DNA of 64,000 nt from Promethearchaeota archaeon (lineage in GTDB: Archaea; Asgardarchaeota; Lokiarchaeia; Sigyniarchaeales; SOKP01), in contig JAEOTP010000069.1 in the NCBI GenBank assembly GCA_016839765.1, positions 50,629 to 114,628 of the forward strand. The letters are read 5' to 3'. Both the position numbers and the translations under genes were made by a program. The notes beneath the pieces are model-generated. The model was not told where the DNA came from, did no database searches, and saw nothing but the letters and a program-made list of their open reading frames with translations. Positions 10,022-19,772 of this stretch are shown piece after piece (the first letter of the stretch is position 1; every line of letters starts with the position of its first letter).

Positions 10022-11128
10022 TTGTTTTTAAAGGTGAAATCTATTCCAACGATACGAATGAAAAAATGGCTCAAATCTCTAAAAACTTTCAGTTTAAATA
10101 AATTCACCAATAGAAAAATACCATATTCCGCACAAATCGAGGTTACTCTAAGATGTAATGCGAGTTGTCCTTTTTGCTCAATTCCAGCTTTACCTAAGTC
10201 AGTAATCATTAATGAAATGAATACTAATCAAATAAAATTAATAATTGATCAAATTGCAGAGTTGGGAGTTAATATCATATCTTTTACTGGAGGAGAACCA
10301 ACTTTGAGAAAAGATTTGCCCGAACTCATCAGCTATACAGGAATCACGCATGATTCTATTGTTGGTGTTGCCACAAATGGATATTTAATGCCGAAGTTAT
10401 TCAAACAAAACGGAGGATTAGAAGGATTGGATTACCTCTTGATCTCAATCGATTATCCACAAGCAAAATTACATGATAAAAAAAGAGGAATTAAAGTATT
10501 TGATAAAGCTATTGAAACAATAAACATTGCAAACAAAAGAGACATAAAAGTCATAATAAATACTGTTGTAATGAATGATAATATCCATTTACTTGAAAAA
10601 ATATGTCAATTAGCAGAAACATATGATGTGTCTATAGAGTTATATCCTTGCGAGTATATTGTTCGAGAATTTCATAATAAAAAATATTTCATAGAAAATA
10701 TTGAAGAGATGCTCCCAAATATCTCATTATGGGCTAATTTAATTCGCTCCTTGAGAGAAAGATATAAAAACATATTAACCGACCCATTTAGTATTACTGT
10801 TATAGAAAAAGGAGGTTTTGGTGGATATCCAGACTATAATCAACGATTCTTACGTTGCCATGTTTCAGAAGCCTACCTGTTTGTTAGATGGGATGGTTTC
10901 ATTGATTACCCATGTAAAATTCACCCCTTAATAAGTTTTAATGCATTAAAGTATCCCATATCACTAATTTATAATTTAAAAGAAGTAAGAGACATTATGC
11001 AATGCCGGGATGACTTTAAATTCTGTAATGGATGTTATTTTGGCTGTGCTATTGTAGCTAGCTTGCCAGCTAAGTGGAAGGCTCTCTATTCTAAATATGT
11101 TCAAGGTTATTTAAATGGAAATTTATAA
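10022..11128 (+). CDS. Radical SAM protein with SPASM/twitch-like C-terminus (start uncertain)
   Basis: CNASCPFC; FTGGEP; TNG; C-terminal RC...PC...CNGCYFGC. Confidence 0.85.
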   Translation: MFLKVKSIPTIRMKKWLKSLKTFSLNKFTNRKIPYSAQIEVTLRCNASCPFCSIPALPKSVIINEMNTNQIKLIIDQIAELGVNIISFTGGEPTLRKDLPELISYTGITHDSIVGVATNGYLMPKLFKQNGGLEGLDYLLISIDYPQAKLHDKKRGIKVFDKAIETINIANKRDIKVIINTVVMNDNIHLLEKICQLAETYDVSIELYPCEYIVREFHNKKYFIENIEEMLPNISLWANLIRSLRERYKNILTDPFSITVIEKGGFGGYPDYNQRFLRCHVSEAYLFVRWDGFIDYPCKIHPLISFNALKYPISLIYNLKEVRDIMQCRDDFKFCNGCYFGCAIVASLPAKWKALYSKYVQGYLNGNL

Positions 11129-11236
11129 TGATATAATCATTTTCTAAATGAATTTTAAATTAGAAAAATTCCTACAGATTAAAAGAAAATTTGAGAAAAT
11201 TTTAAAGTAAAAGAAGATTTTAAAGTAAAAGAACAT

Positions 11237-11857
11237 TTGAGTGATGGAAATTTGACTAATGTAGACATAATACTTCAAATAATGTTTATTTCTATAGGAA
11301 TGGTAGCTTTAGGATTAATTTTAAACAAATTTTTAGGAATTAATCTTCAGTCTGCCAGAGAATTAAGAGATAAAGCACAAAACATTCAAGAGCGTATGCG
11401 AACAGCCCAAGCTACAGGAAATGCTCAGGAAATGTTTGCGCTGCAGCGAGACTCCACTGCTTTAATGAAACAGATGATGAAAAAACAACTTATCCCATCA
11501 TGTATTAGATGTGTTGTATTTCTTGGAATTTTTGCTTTAATAGGAGTTTTTTATATGAATTATGCTTCAGGACTTTTACCCTTTGTGATTCCACTTCTTG
11601 GAGATGGTTGGGTTGCTGTTTATTTTTTGTTTTCTATTGGGTTTTCTCTCCTTTTATGGGGAGTAAAGAAATTATATAGAAAGTTAACGGGTAAAGTTGA
11701 TGCAAGGAGTAAGATTTCAAAGGAAATTTTAGAAGTATTATCACCTACATCTCAAGGAACAGCAAGTGGTTTTCAAATACCTGCCCCAGCACCATCAGGA
11801 AGTGAGGAAACTGAAAAACTTGATTCTTGGAAAGATCGCATTAAAAATAACTCATAA
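11237..11857 (+). CDS. DUF106 / EMC3 / TMCO1 (Oxa1 superfamily) membrane insertase-like protein
   Basis: TM, then Met/Gln-rich coiled coil, then two TMs with a GW...YFL.S motif. Confidence 0.7.
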   Translation: MSDGNLTNVDIILQIMFISIGMVALGLILNKFLGINLQSARELRDKAQNIQERMRTAQATGNAQEMFALQRDSTALMKQMMKKQLIPSCIRCVVFLGIFALIGVFYMNYASGLLPFVIPLLGDGWVAVYFLFSIGFSLLLWGVKKLYRKLTGKVDARSKISKEILEVLSPTSQGTASGFQIPAPAPSGSEETEKLDSWKDRIKNNS

Positions 11858-11892
11858 TTGCGAATCATTAAATAAACTTGAATAATTAGGTT

Positions 11893-12234
11893 ATGAAATT
11901 TTATACTCTACTATTTATTGGTATCATAATAGTATCGATAATTTTACTTATCCTAAGTTTATTTTTTGGGGTTTTTTTCCCAATTTTTCCATTTTTTATC
12001 ATTTTACCTCTTTCTTGTGGGTTAAAAAGGAGATCTGAAGAAAATTCTGATGAAGTATCACAACCTTATGAAAATCCAAGTACTGTTGATATTAAATTAA
12101 GTGATGAGATAAATCAAAAAGTATCAACAAAGTGTCCAATGTGTAACAACAAAATTTCTGAAGAAAATTTAAGATTCTGTCCCTATTGTGGTTCAAAAAT
12201 ACAAATTCAAAAGGGTTATAAAGGTGGAAAGTAA
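11893..12234 (+). CDS. Membrane-anchored zinc-ribbon protein
   Basis: Hydrophobic N-terminus; CPMC...FCPYCG. Confidence 0.7.
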   Translation: MKFYTLLFIGIIIVSIILLILSLFFGVFFPIFPFFIILPLSCGLKRRSEENSDEVSQPYENPSTVDIKLSDEINQKVSTKCPMCNNKISEENLRFCPYCGSKIQIQKGYKGGK

Positions 12235-12709
12235 AAATAATTTAAGAAGACAAATGATTTTATATTTTCTTTTTGCTGCGTGTATGATCATTCTAAATTA
12301 TCTTATACAGAAAACTAATCAACAATTGTTTGTGCCATTAATATGCGGAAATTTTGGATTTAATGAATTTATTCATGCTGTTTATTGCTCAACCAACCCT
12401 TATAATATGCCTGAATTAATCGGTTCAATTCTTGCTGTAGGAATAACCTATCTTATTAAATTCTTTTTAGATAAATATATCGTTTTTAAAAGAAGTGGTA
12501 GTAAGCTGAGGGAGACTTCAAAGGAATTTATGAAATATTTTTTCTTCGCAATATTAACTACTATTGAAAATATTGGAATACAATTCCTTCTTACGAATTT
12601 TTTAAACACTCCATTAGAAGTAAGTTTCATTATAGCTCTTGCTATTGGTTACTTTACTAAATTTTTCTTAGATAGGAAATATGTTTTTACACATGATTAT
12701 TCATCTTAA
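12188..12709 (+). CDS. GtrA-family membrane protein (start probably near GTG 12224)
   Basis: Repeated KFFLDKYIVF / KFFLDRKYVF; 4 TM segments. Confidence 0.75.
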   Translation: MVQKYKFKRVIKVESKNNLRRQMILYFLFAACMIILNYLIQKTNQQLFVPLICGNFGFNEFIHAVYCSTNPYNMPELIGSILAVGITYLIKFFLDKYIVFKRSGSKLRETSKEFMKYFFFAILTTIENIGIQFLLTNFLNTPLEVSFIIALAIGYFTKFFLDRKYVFTHDYSS

Positions 12710-12888
12710 TACATGTTCTAACCACTTCTTATTCTGTGTAAATTTTAGAAAAGTTGTAACTCAAAAGCTATGCTCTTTAAAAGATAATAGAATTAGCTTT
12801 AATCTACTCTATGAATTTCATAAGTAGTATTATTAAATATTTATAATGAGTAGAAAAATTTAATAGCCTAAATATTGTTTTTTATATT

Positions 12889-14163
12889 ATGTCAGATGAA
12901 CGTGAACCTCAAAAAGATGAAGATGAATCAATCACAGAGGCTCTTTCAAGTTTAGGGTGGGTTGAAGAACGGGAAGAAGGCGAAAAACCCGTTTCAGAGG
13001 AAGAAAATCTCAAGGAACAGTTAGATGAATTTATTGAACAAAATAGAAAACTTAATGATCAACTAATAAAGTTATCAGAAGAATTGGATAATAGTAAGAA
13101 GGATTATGAATTCTTATTTCAAGAAAAAGAAAAATTTCAGCAAATGGCTGAGCAAAATAATAATACTATTGAAAATCTACTTCAAACTATTGTAAAAAAG
13201 GATGACAATATCAAAGAATTAGAAACAAAAACAGAAGCACTGTCCCAATCGTCTAAAAGCGATCTAGAAATGAGTCAGATTATAGAAGATAAAGATAAAG
13301 CGACTTTAGAGCTACAAAAGCAGTCTGAAACCCAGAAACAACAAATTGAAGAATTAGAGTTTTCAAATAATGAAAAAATCCAAATTGTACAAAACCAAAA
13401 GGATGAAATAGACAAATTAAATAATATCCTCCAAGATCAAACTCAAAAAATTAAATCCTTAACAAATGAAATGGATCAACTAAGGTCTGAACTAACCGCA
13501 AACCAAGGATTAGTTGAGAGATTAAACGAAAAAGATAGTAAAATCAAAGAATTAATGGAACAAATTCAATATTTGGAGAAAGATACTATTCAAAAATCTA
13601 AATTTGAAAAAATTCAATTACTAGTCGAAAAAAAGGATGAAATTATAACCGAAAAAGAAAAAGCTATCTTTGAAATGCAAAATTCACAAGAAACCAATAA
13701 TAAAAAAATAAAGGAGTTACAGCAACAGGTAGAAACCTTTAGTTTAATGAAAAAAGATCTAGAGAAAAAAGAAGAAAGAATAAAAGAATTAGTATTAGAG
13801 ATTGAAATGTTATCTCAGAAAAATAAAACAAATGAAGAATTTATGAATCGAATTGAAAAACAGTTAGAAGAATCCCAAGAAAAATCTGGCAATATTACAG
13901 GAAAATTCGAATTGGAAATGGCTAATTTACGTAATATTATCGACGATCAAAATAATGAAATCAAAGAATTAAAGAAACAAGAAAAAAATGTTAAAAATAA
14001 ACTCTATGAAACTGAACAAATTGAGGATAGGATTTTAGGAGAAGTGCAAAAAGTAAAGGATTCAAAATTAAAGTTAGAATCCGAAATAGAGAAGAAAGAT
14101 AATGAGATAGTTGACTTAAAGAAAAAAATAAAATTAATGCGTAGAGATCTCAAAAAACCTTAA
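12889..14163 (+). CDS. Long coiled-coil protein of unknown function
   Basis: About 385 aa of continuous heptads with almost no Pro or Gly, after an acidic head. Confidence 0.75.
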   Translation: MSDEREPQKDEDESITEALSSLGWVEEREEGEKPVSEEENLKEQLDEFIEQNRKLNDQLIKLSEELDNSKKDYEFLFQEKEKFQQMAEQNNNTIENLLQTIVKKDDNIKELETKTEALSQSSKSDLEMSQIIEDKDKATLELQKQSETQKQQIEELEFSNNEKIQIVQNQKDEIDKLNNILQDQTQKIKSLTNEMDQLRSELTANQGLVERLNEKDSKIKELMEQIQYLEKDTIQKSKFEKIQLLVEKKDEIITEKEKAIFEMQNSQETNNKKIKELQQQVETFSLMKKDLEKKEERIKELVLEIEMLSQKNKTNEEFMNRIEKQLEESQEKSGNITGKFELEMANLRNIIDDQNNEIKELKKQEKNVKNKLYETEQIEDRILGEVQKVKDSKLKLESEIEKKDNEIVDLKKKIKLMRRDLKKP

Positions 14164-14260
14164 GGTTTCTGATTTTAAAGAAATATTGTAAATATCTAAT
14201 TAATAAATTGAGATTTGTTAAAAATAAAAAAAGATTAAAATAAAATTTAATTTTATAAAC

Positions 14261-15274
14261 CTATTTCTCGCGCCACTCTATTCCACATTGCCCACATCGG
14301 TATTTTTTACCATACATGCGTGGATAATCCAGAATTATATTTCCTTTATCGATACTCTCGTGAATCAACATCTTGTCTTCATTACCACATTTAGGACACT
14401 TTCGACGTCCTTCTGTTTTCTCAATTGTTAATAAATCATCTGCAGAACCTGGGATCCCTGGTGCAGCACCAGAAGGACTTGATGCCTTTAATTCGGCGAT
14501 ATCTGCTTTTATTTCTTCGGGAGTAACCTCTTTTACTACTGATTTTAGCTCTGGCATTATTGTTGCAGCTTCCTTATCAGCTTTGGTTTCTGGCTCTAAT
14601 TCAGATTCAGCCCTTAATTGTACCGCATCAGATTCTTTATAATTTTCCCCTCGTTCTAATGCTGCATGGAATTCTGCATCATCACCTTCCTCAAAAATAG
14701 TCTCATTTTGGAGTCCTGAGCGTTCAGCATCAATCTGTCTTGCCCATTGACCTGACTTTACTTTTTCCTTAACGTTGCATTGAGCACCCTGCCAGATATA
14801 TACTTTATTTCCCAAATCAGCTAGAAAACAATCTTCTGTATCTAATGAATCATTTTTAAATGGTACTTGGACCATTTTCATAGCATTGATCCCTTCAAAT
14901 TCTTCTGAGGATACTCGATATAAGACATTAATATGTTCAGAAAATCCTGCCCAATCACCAGTTACTACATCTTTTAAGAGAGTTTTAGCTACATTTTTTG
15001 CTACAACTTTCATTGCTCCCAGCATATTAACTGTTTTAAAGAAATCTCCGGATTCCATTCCTTCGTCAACAGTAATAATTTTAGCAGCACCTCCTCTCAT
15101 TTGGTCGAGTTTTCGTGCTTGAGCTGCGCCAGCAGTCTTTTCATCAACAGAACATTTGCTCCCTATCCAAACATAAATCGTTTTTTCATCATCTAGAAGA
15201 TAGACATCTCCAGTAGAAAAAACAGGATTATTGATTTCGACAAGTTCTCCTTTATTTATTAAATAAAGTTTCAT
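14261..15274 (-). CDS. Two-domain gelsolin-family protein with C-terminal zinc ribbon
   Basis: FSTGDVYLLD..KTIYVWIGSKCSVDEK and LDTEDCFLADLGNKVYIWQG..CNVKEK gelsolin repeats; CPKC...CGQC tail. Confidence 0.9.
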   Translation of the reverse strand: MKLYLINKGELVEINNPVFSTGDVYLLDDEKTIYVWIGSKCSVDEKTAGAAQARKLDQMRGGAAKIITVDEGMESGDFFKTVNMLGAMKVVAKNVAKTLLKDVVTGDWAGFSEHINVLYRVSSEEFEGINAMKMVQVPFKNDSLDTEDCFLADLGNKVYIWQGAQCNVKEKVKSGQWARQIDAERSGLQNETIFEEGDDAEFHAALERGENYKESDAVQLRAESELEPETKADKEAATIMPELKSVVKEVTPEEIKADIAELKASSPSGAAPGIPGSADDLLTIEKTEGRRKCPKCGNEDKMLIHESIDKGNIILDYPRMYGKKYRCGQCGIEWREK

Positions 15275-15397
15275 TTTGATTTTTCACTTTATTTTTTTCT
15301 AAAATAATTTATATATCTTATAAAAGAAAGACTATATAAAATCACGCATTTAATCCATTTGATATAAATAGAAGTAAGATGGAAACGATATTGAGAA

Positions 15398-16783
15398 TTA
15401 GTTAAAATCGTTTAATGCGAGATTTATCCGATTTATTATTTCTGGAATTTGATTAATGTCAATTGAACAATAAGCAATCCTAATACCATTTATATTTTCA
15501 TTTAAGTTTTCAATAGGAATTACTCCTACTTTATATTTCCTTAGCAGGTGATCGGCAAATGTTCTAGCTTTAATTTTGCTAGGATTTAGATTTAAAAATA
15601 CAAAAAAGCCTCCACCATTTGGGTCAACAGAAATATTTGGATTCTTAATTTTCTTAAGCTCTGAATTAATCTTTTCAAACCTTAGTTTGAGCATATCTTG
15701 TATTATACTTCTAGTTTTAATTATGTTATCCATACCTTTTTCCTTAAAAATTTTGGTTGTAACTGCTTGGTAAAAGTGATTGCAATTTGAAATTGAACTT
15801 CTATTAAAACCTGATAGTTTATTATCAATTTCGCTCTTTAATATCTCCAGCTCCTTATCATTATTTACCCATTTTGGTTTTAAACCAATTGTAACAAACC
15901 CTATACGCCCTCCATACAATAAAAGTTCCTTTGTAATACCATCTAATTTAATAGGTATAATATTTTCATCAAGTTGCTGAACGTCGTAAAATAATGAGCG
16001 ATTTACTACATTCTTACTGAAAATGTAGGGTTCATATGCATCATCTATAAGGATCACCAAGGGTCGACTGATTTCTTTTTGAGTTTCTTTTAAAATTTCA
16101 ATTAATTGTGCATTTTCTTCCCATGAAGGGATAAAACCTGTTGGATTATTTGGAAATCCTAAAATTAATATGATTTTATTTTGAGTTTCTACTACTTTGT
16201 AAATTGCTTCTTTTAATCCTTCTAAGTTTAATTTATTATCAACAAAAAATTCAAAGGATTGTATATTTACTCCTAAAAATTTCGTAAAAATATTATCGTA
16301 ATTTCCCCATCTTTTATTTGGACAAATTATACTCTCTGAAGGGTTTAATAACATCGCAGAGCTCATAAAAATTGCATTTGTTACACCCGCGGTAATTATT
16401 GGCAGAGAAGTATATTTTTCAAGCTTTAATAATTTCTCTTCTTCTGTATTTATTTTAAACAAAGATTTTTTTATAATCCACTCTTTCCAAATTGTACGTA
16501 ATTCCTCTAATCCTGAAACTGAAGCATAAGGTACTAGATCATTTATATCAAGATTATTAAAATAGTCATTTATATACTCTAAATAACAAGGAACCCAGTT
16601 GACAGAATTTCCGCTCAAAAAATCTTTTTCATAAGCATACGCCGCTCCTATAGTTCCAATATACTCTGCTTCCTTCTTAGCTCTCCCTGTCCAGTAAAAA
16701 ATACCCTCAGGTAAATATATTCGCTTTCCGCGTTCCGATAAAGCCTCATATAAAGGCGTATTTTTCAAGATATCAAATTTCAT
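15398..16783 (-). CDS. Class I/II PLP-dependent aminotransferase
   Basis: FPNNPTG; DDAY; DGITKE...GGRIG; GIRIAY. Confidence 0.88.
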   Translation of the reverse strand: MKFDILKNTPLYEALSERGKRIYLPEGIFYWTGRAKKEAEYIGTIGAAYAYEKDFLSGNSVNWVPCYLEYINDYFNNLDINDLVPYASVSGLEELRTIWKEWIIKKSLFKINTEEEKLLKLEKYTSLPIITAGVTNAIFMSSAMLLNPSESIICPNKRWGNYDNIFTKFLGVNIQSFEFFVDNKLNLEGLKEAIYKVVETQNKIILILGFPNNPTGFIPSWEENAQLIEILKETQKEISRPLVILIDDAYEPYIFSKNVVNRSLFYDVQQLDENIIPIKLDGITKELLLYGGRIGFVTIGLKPKWVNNDKELEILKSEIDNKLSGFNRSSISNCNHFYQAVTTKIFKEKGMDNIIKTRSIIQDMLKLRFEKINSELKKIKNPNISVDPNGGGFFVFLNLNPSKIKARTFADHLLRKYKVGVIPIENLNENINGIRIAYCSIDINQIPEIINRINLALNDFN

Positions 16784-16865
16784 GTTGATTTCACTCTTTT
16801 TATTATTTTTAATTAAAATCGTAGATAAAATAAATATTTAAGTATCGGTAGCTTATTTAAAATCT

Positions 16866-17489
16866 ATGAGCAATCATAACAATTCTGAAGAGTTATCTAA
16901 AAGCAACAATAAATTTGATATTATAGAGAGTCCCAAAAAAAATGAAAGTATCCTCCTTAAAGGATGGAATAACTTCGTTAACGGTATAAAAGATGGATTT
17001 AATAAATTTCAAAAATCAATAGAAGAGCAATCAAAAAAGAATGTAGAGTTATGGAATGAGAATAAAGAGAAAATTAATAAATTCTTTCAACAAACTAAAG
17101 AAAATCTAGACAATACAATCAAAGATTGGACCTCGGAAATCGAAAAAATGCGAACTAAAAACAAGGAAGTATGGGATAAAAATAAAGAACAGATAGATAC
17201 ATTCTTGACTAATACCGCTCAAGAATGGGACTCTAAATTTCAAATTTGGGTAGAGGACTTAAAAATAAAACAAATCGAGACGAAACAGCAGTGGGAAGCA
17301 CGGACACAAAAGATCAGAGAAGATATAAAAAATTGGCAAGAAGAAACACGTAATAAGTGGGAAGAAGGGGTTAAAGCTTGGCGAAAAGAGTTAATAAAAG
17401 GATCTTATTTGTTTTTAGTGTTTATGATTCCAATACTGATTGTAGTTTTTGTAATCGTAGCACTAATCAACTGGGCAATTCCTGATTAA
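16866..17489 (+). CDS. Amphipathic Trp-rich repeat protein with C-terminal TM anchor
   Basis: About three 40-aa repeats; single TM helix at the extreme C-terminus. Confidence 0.7.
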   Translation: MSNHNNSEELSKSNNKFDIIESPKKNESILLKGWNNFVNGIKDGFNKFQKSIEEQSKKNVELWNENKEKINKFFQQTKENLDNTIKDWTSEIEKMRTKNKEVWDKNKEQIDTFLTNTAQEWDSKFQIWVEDLKIKQIETKQQWEARTQKIREDIKNWQEETRNKWEEGVKAWRKELIKGSYLFLVFMIPILIVVFVIVALINWAIPD

Positions 17490-17589
17490 ATTAGCAAAAG
17501 GAAATGTTCTTTTTATGATTTAGATAACATACTAAAAAAGGATAAATTATAATCTAACTTTATAAAATTAATACATCTTCTTATTATTT

Positions 17590-18243
17590 ATGTGGGATAT
17601 TTTAATATTTTCTTTTATAGTTGCATTAACAGGTGCTTTATCACCGGGACCCCTATTGACCTTTACTATATATAAATCATTGAATCAAAAAAGGGGATAT
17701 CTCGCGGGAGTATACATTGTATTGGGGCATGCTACAATTGAATTTGCATTGGTAATAGCACTCCTTGCTGGAGCGTCGCTCTTTTTTCAAAATGTTGTTT
17801 TTCTAATGATTGTGGGTATAATCGGTGGAATTTTTTTGGTAATTTTTGGAATATTAGTAATACAAGATGTTTTAAAGACAAATTTTGATGCAAATTTAGA
17901 TGTCGGTGAAGAACAAATCAAAGGTTTTAAAGGAAATAGTTTCTTAGGAGGTATAGTCGTTTCACTTTCAAATCCCTACTGGACGTTTTGGTGGGCGGTC
18001 ATTGGAATTGGATTCATGATTAACTTTAACATTTCATTTGCAAATCCTATAGGCATTCTGCTTTTTTTTATTGGTCATGAATTAGGTGATATAGTTTGGT
18101 ATTTACCCATTTCAGCTTTTGTATATTTTGGAGGTAAAGCTCTGAATTACAAAATTTATAAATATATTTTAATCTTATGTGGCGGGTTTATGATTGTTTT
18201 TGGTATCTACTTAATGGTTAATGTTATTATCTCCCCGCCATGA
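17590..18243 (+). CDS. LysE-family translocator
   Basis: ALSPGP; GHA..E; SNPYW..WW motifs. Confidence 0.88.
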   Translation: MWDILIFSFIVALTGALSPGPLLTFTIYKSLNQKRGYLAGVYIVLGHATIEFALVIALLAGASLFFQNVVFLMIVGIIGGIFLVIFGILVIQDVLKTNFDANLDVGEEQIKGFKGNSFLGGIVVSLSNPYWTFWWAVIGIGFMINFNISFANPIGILLFFIGHELGDIVWYLPISAFVYFGGKALNYKIYKYILILCGGFMIVFGIYLMVNVIISPP

Positions 18244-18481
18244 TTTCACAGTAATTTCGAAAATTAAATTCATGCTTTAATAAAGATATGAAATATCCTA
18301 GTATCACATAAGTATAATAACTTCATGGAAATTCATTTTAAGTAGTAGTAGTATAAATTTCGAAATTTATAGTGATGGAATAGAAGTTTCTAGCTTCACT
18401 TTATTGTAAATATATTGAAAGTTAATGAATTCGTTATTATAAGAAAAGTGAAATATGAGAATATATTGTTGAGGTAGAACA

Positions 18482-19354
18482 ATGACCGTAAGTGAAAAAC
18501 AAATGGTAAAGTGTCCTGTTTGTGAAAATAAATTTATTCCAAGGACATTTTATCCTGAAGATGCGATTTTTTCTACTCCTGACGGAAAAAAACTTTCAGG
18601 TTTTAATGGATATATTAATAATGGAGTAAAACCGCCCGAAGCAATCATTAGTGCCTGGAAGACATATTGCCCAAATTGTAATTATGTTTTGAGTTTTGTT
18701 AAAGAAATAGTAAGAAAGGAAAAAATACAAGATAATTTAGTTTCATCAAAAGATATCCAAAATAAATATAATAGCTATTACTTTGGCTTCCCATTTGGGG
18801 ATTATACTCATTATTTAAAAAAGATTTCAAGGAAAGTAGAAGATGAAATAGAATCCACTATGAAAGAGCTAAATATGGAAGTTTGGGAGAATTTATATAA
18901 CATAAATGATAACTTTAAGTTTCTTGTTCGATTTTTTGCCAATTTAGAGAATTATTGTGATTCAACCCTTGACACAAAAAACATAAAAAATCTACCTACT
19001 AAAATTAAGAAATTAAAGATATCAAAAGAAGTGGAAGAGGATTTACTGCAATTGAACAATATTAAAGATGCAATTGTACACGGAGATTATGAATTAACTT
19101 CAGAGGAAGAGGAACAAATAAGTACTATTTTAGTTAGATTTATTCTCTACTTGATAAATAAACATATTAAACCTTTAGTCAATAACGATAAATTAGAAAA
19201 TGGGTATGAATTTATTGATTTGAAAGATGTAAAAGCTGAGATTAAAAGTTTTCTTAGTAGTTATCTTTATACTAAATTTAATAACGAACCAAAAGCAAGA
19301 GGCCAAATTCGGAACTTTTTAGAAGAAATCTTTGATAAAAGCAAGTTTAATTAA
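18482..19354 (+). CDS. Hypothetical protein with N-terminal Zn-binding CxxC pairs
   Basis: GAGGT SD; CPVC...CPNC. Confidence 0.65.
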   Translation: MTVSEKQMVKCPVCENKFIPRTFYPEDAIFSTPDGKKLSGFNGYINNGVKPPEAIISAWKTYCPNCNYVLSFVKEIVRKEKIQDNLVSSKDIQNKYNSYYFGFPFGDYTHYLKKISRKVEDEIESTMKELNMEVWENLYNINDNFKFLVRFFANLENYCDSTLDTKNIKNLPTKIKKLKISKEVEEDLLQLNNIKDAIVHGDYELTSEEEEQISTILVRFILYLINKHIKPLVNNDKLENGYEFIDLKDVKAEIKSFLSSYLYTKFNNEPKARGQIRNFLEEIFDKSKFN

Positions 19355-19529
19355 ATGCTGATTGTTTTTGTTTAGAAATATAGTAATTTCTTTCGAATAT
19401 TATATAAATAATATTCTTCAATTTTAGTGGTCTTTAATTATAAATCTTTAAAACTTAATTGTGAATAAAAATATTAACTGATTTTTTATGAAAACTACTA
19501 TTATTAATTATGAAAATCGTTCCTTTTTA

Positions 19530-19754
19530 ATGAAAAAACTTTTAACTATTTGTCCTGTATGTAAAAAACCTATATACGGGAGAGATATTGATATATTATC
19601 TTTAATTAGCTCTAAAATTGACCATTGGCCAATTAACTATGTATATTGTCATACTTATGATAATTATCCGCTTCATTCTTTAACAATTTATCTTGATTCG
19701 AACTTCTCTGTGAGAGGTTATGAAATATCTGATTTTATTGTAGTTGAAAAATAA
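19530..19754 (+). CDS. Small hypothetical protein (CPVC ... H..TIYLDSNF.VRG)
   Basis: The in-frame ATG 19530 precedes the CxxC; the track starts at 19488. Confidence 0.55.
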   Translation: MKKLLTICPVCKKPIYGRDIDILSLISSKIDHWPINYVYCHTYDNYPLHSLTIYLDSNFSVRGYEISDFIVVEK

Positions 19755-19772
19755 TTTTAAACGAAAAGAGAT

